The notes beneath the pieces were generated by a model. The model did not search any database. It was not told where the DNA came from and was given only the letters and a program-made list of their open reading frames with translations. A DNA stretch of 28,690 bases from contig JBFMGU010000136.1 of NCBI GenBank assembly GCA_040752415.1, forward strand, positions 1 through 28,690. The letters are read 5' to 3'. This DNA is from Myxococcota bacterium. GTDB taxonomy: Bacteria; Myxococcota; JACRCW01. Below, one piece after another: positions 26,864 to 28,690 of the stretch; the first letter of the stretch is position 1, and the number at the start of each line of letters is the position of its first letter. The position numbers and the translations under genes are program-made.

Positions 26864-27660
26864 CCCACAGCGTGGAATACGGACTGCATGTCCTGGCCTT
26901 CGGGCCCCATCCTGACGACGTGGAGCTGTTCTGTGGCGGTCTGATGATCCGCATGGCGGAGCTGGGCTACCGCACCGGCGTGGTGGACCTGACGCGGGGC
27001 GAGAAGAGCTCGCGCGGTACGCCGGAGACCCGCGCGGCGGAGACGGACGCGGCCACACGCGTGATGGGGCTGGCCGTGCGCGAGAACCTGGGCCTTCCCG
27101 ACGGATGGGTTGACCCCATGGCCGGTGCGCACCTGACCGAGGAGGAAAGGGAGAAGCACGCGCCCGTGTCCCGCGTGGTGGAGGTGTTGCGTCGGCTCCG
27201 GCCGGAACTGGTGGTGATTCCCTGGGAGCGCGAGCGGCATCCCGACCACGAAGCCTCCAGCGCCGTGCTGACCCGTGCGTTGTACTTCTCGTCGGTGCGG
27301 AAGTTCGCCGCGCTGCCCGGGAGCGAGCCGTTCACGCCACGCCAGGTGCTGCTCTATCCCATGCGTCACCTCGGTGAGCCCACCTTCGTCGTCGACGTGT
27401 CCTCGGTGCACGCACGGAAGATGGAAGCCATCCGCTGCTATGCCAGCCAGGTCCAGCCGCGCGCGGATGCGCCGGTCACGCTGGTGGGGTCGCAGCTGTC
27501 GCTCTCGTCGCTGGAGGCCCGCGACCAGTTCTACGGCGCGCAGATTGGCGTCTCACACGGAGAACCGTACATCATCCGTGAGGTGCCCGGCCTGGCCGAC
27601 CCCGTCGACCATTTCCGGCGCAACAGCTTTGCCCGACCCCTCTTCTTCCCAGGACGTTGA
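26860..27660 (+). CDS. bshB1: Bacillithiol biosynthesis deacetylase
   Basis: [42 protein letters not shown]; lies between bshC and bshA. Confidence 0.92.
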   Translation: MTHSVEYGLHVLAFGPHPDDVELFCGGLMIRMAELGYRTGVVDLTRGEKSSRGTPETRAAETDAATRVMGLAVRENLGLPDGWVDPMAGAHLTEEEREKHAPVSRVVEVLRRLRPELVVIPWERERHPDHEASSAVLTRALYFSSVRKFAALPGSEPFTPRQVLLYPMRHLGEPTFVVDVSSVHARKMEAIRCYASQVQPRADAPVTLVGSQLSLSSLEARDQFYGAQIGVSHGEPYIIREVPGLADPVDHFRRNSFARPLFFPGR

Positions 27661-28592
27661 TGAGCGCTCCCCTGAACATTGGCATCACGTGTTTTCCCAC
27701 CTGGGGCGGCAGCGGGGTGATTGCCACCGAGATTGGCGTGGCCATGGCGGAACGCGGCCACCGTGTGCATTTCATTGCGCGGGACCTGCCCGTCCGTCTC
27801 CGTCACACCAGCGGCAACGTGATGTTCCACGAGGTGACGGAGAGCGGCTACCCCGTGCTGCAGGATTCCAACACCTATCCCATCGCGCTGGCGTCCAAGA
27901 TCATCGACGTGGCGTCCCACTCCCGGCTGGACGTGGTGCACGTGCATTACGCCGTGCCGCATGCCACGTCGGCGTGGATGGCGCGGGAGGTCCTGGGGCA
28001 CCATGCGCCGCGCGTCGTGACCACGTTGCATGGCACCGACATCACGCTGGTGGGCAATGACCCGAGCTACCTCCCCATCACGCGCTTCTCCATCCTGAAG
28101 AGTGACCTCGTCACGGCGCCCTCCGCGTTCCTGCGCAAGGCCACCTGGGAAAACCTGGGAATCCCCAGCAGCTTCCCCATCGAGGTGATTCCCAACTTCG
28201 TCGACACGGACCTGTTCGCGCCACCGGCCGCGCGTGACCACAGCCAGCTGCGTGTGCCGTTCCCCACCATGGCGCCGGGAGAGGCGGTGCTGTTCCACAC
28301 CTCCAACTTCCGCTCGGTGAAGCGCATCTGCGACGTGGTAGCCATCTTCAACGAGGTGTCACGACGTCGTCCCTGCCGCCTGGTCATGATCGGCGACGGG
28401 CCCGACCGCTCCGGCGCGGAAAGGAAGCTGCGCGAGCTGGGCCTGGGCGAACGCGTGGCGTTCCTGGGAAAGCAGGATGGTTTCTCGGAGCTGCTGGCGA
28501 ATGCCGACGTGTTCCTGCTCCCGAGCGAGACGGAGAGCTTTGGCCTGGCGGCGTTGGAGGCACTCAGCCTGGATTTCGGGCGACTTGGTTAG
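27660..28592 (+). pseudogene. bshA: N-acetyl-alpha-D-glucosaminyl L-malate synthase, apparently truncated at the C-terminus
   Basis: IGITCFPTWGGSG, HVHYAVPHA, TTLHGTD, HTSNFRSVKR, LLPSETESFGLAALEALS, then the unrelated LDFGRLG* where GT4 enzymes continue with G.PV...GG..EV. Confidence 0.8.
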
Positions 28593-28690
28593 CCGACCGT
28601 AGCAGCGGGCATGAGGGCGCAAGAACCGCCTTCTCGAGGCCTTCAGACGCTCTGAAGACGGTTTGAGCGCAGACCTCCCCCTTTCCCCCG
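28568..28690. mobile_element. Possible end of an insertion sequence interrupting bshA
   Basis: BshA similarity stops abruptly at about 28568, where CCTGGATTTC begins. No transposase is visible in the window. Confidence 0.35.

Overview
GC-rich bacterial DNA, probably Myxococcota (a MYXO-CTERM-like sorting signal is present). In order, the window holds: a palindromic repeat and an 8-unit 24-bp tandem array; a split LigD pair (ATP-dependent ligase plus primase-polymerase); a peptidoglycan-binding/LapG-type cysteine protease; a surface-anchored Asp-box propeller/LamG protein; a complete, translationally coupled shikimate operon (aroF-aroK-aroD/E fusion-aroC-aroB-aroA); a convergent chorismate mutase that is head-to-head with an RlhA-like U32 Fe-S hydroxylase; a CocE/NonD hydrolase and PadR regulator with a candidate operator; a 775-bp non-coding foldback element with terminal inverted repeats and an 8-bp flanking direct repeat; a hypothetical membrane-anchored protein; a PIG-L deacetylase / 49-aa membrane protein / sodium:solute symporter operon; and a divergent bacillithiol operon (bshC-bshB1-bshA) whose bshA is cut short near the window end. 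The most notable signals are (1) a CCAAT-CTC-ATTGG palindrome family found as solo copies, as a tandem array and as the arm ends of the foldback element, and (2) the whole prephenate supply route clustered with a U32 enzyme from a prephenate-dependent family. All calls come from motif recognition by eye; no searches were run.
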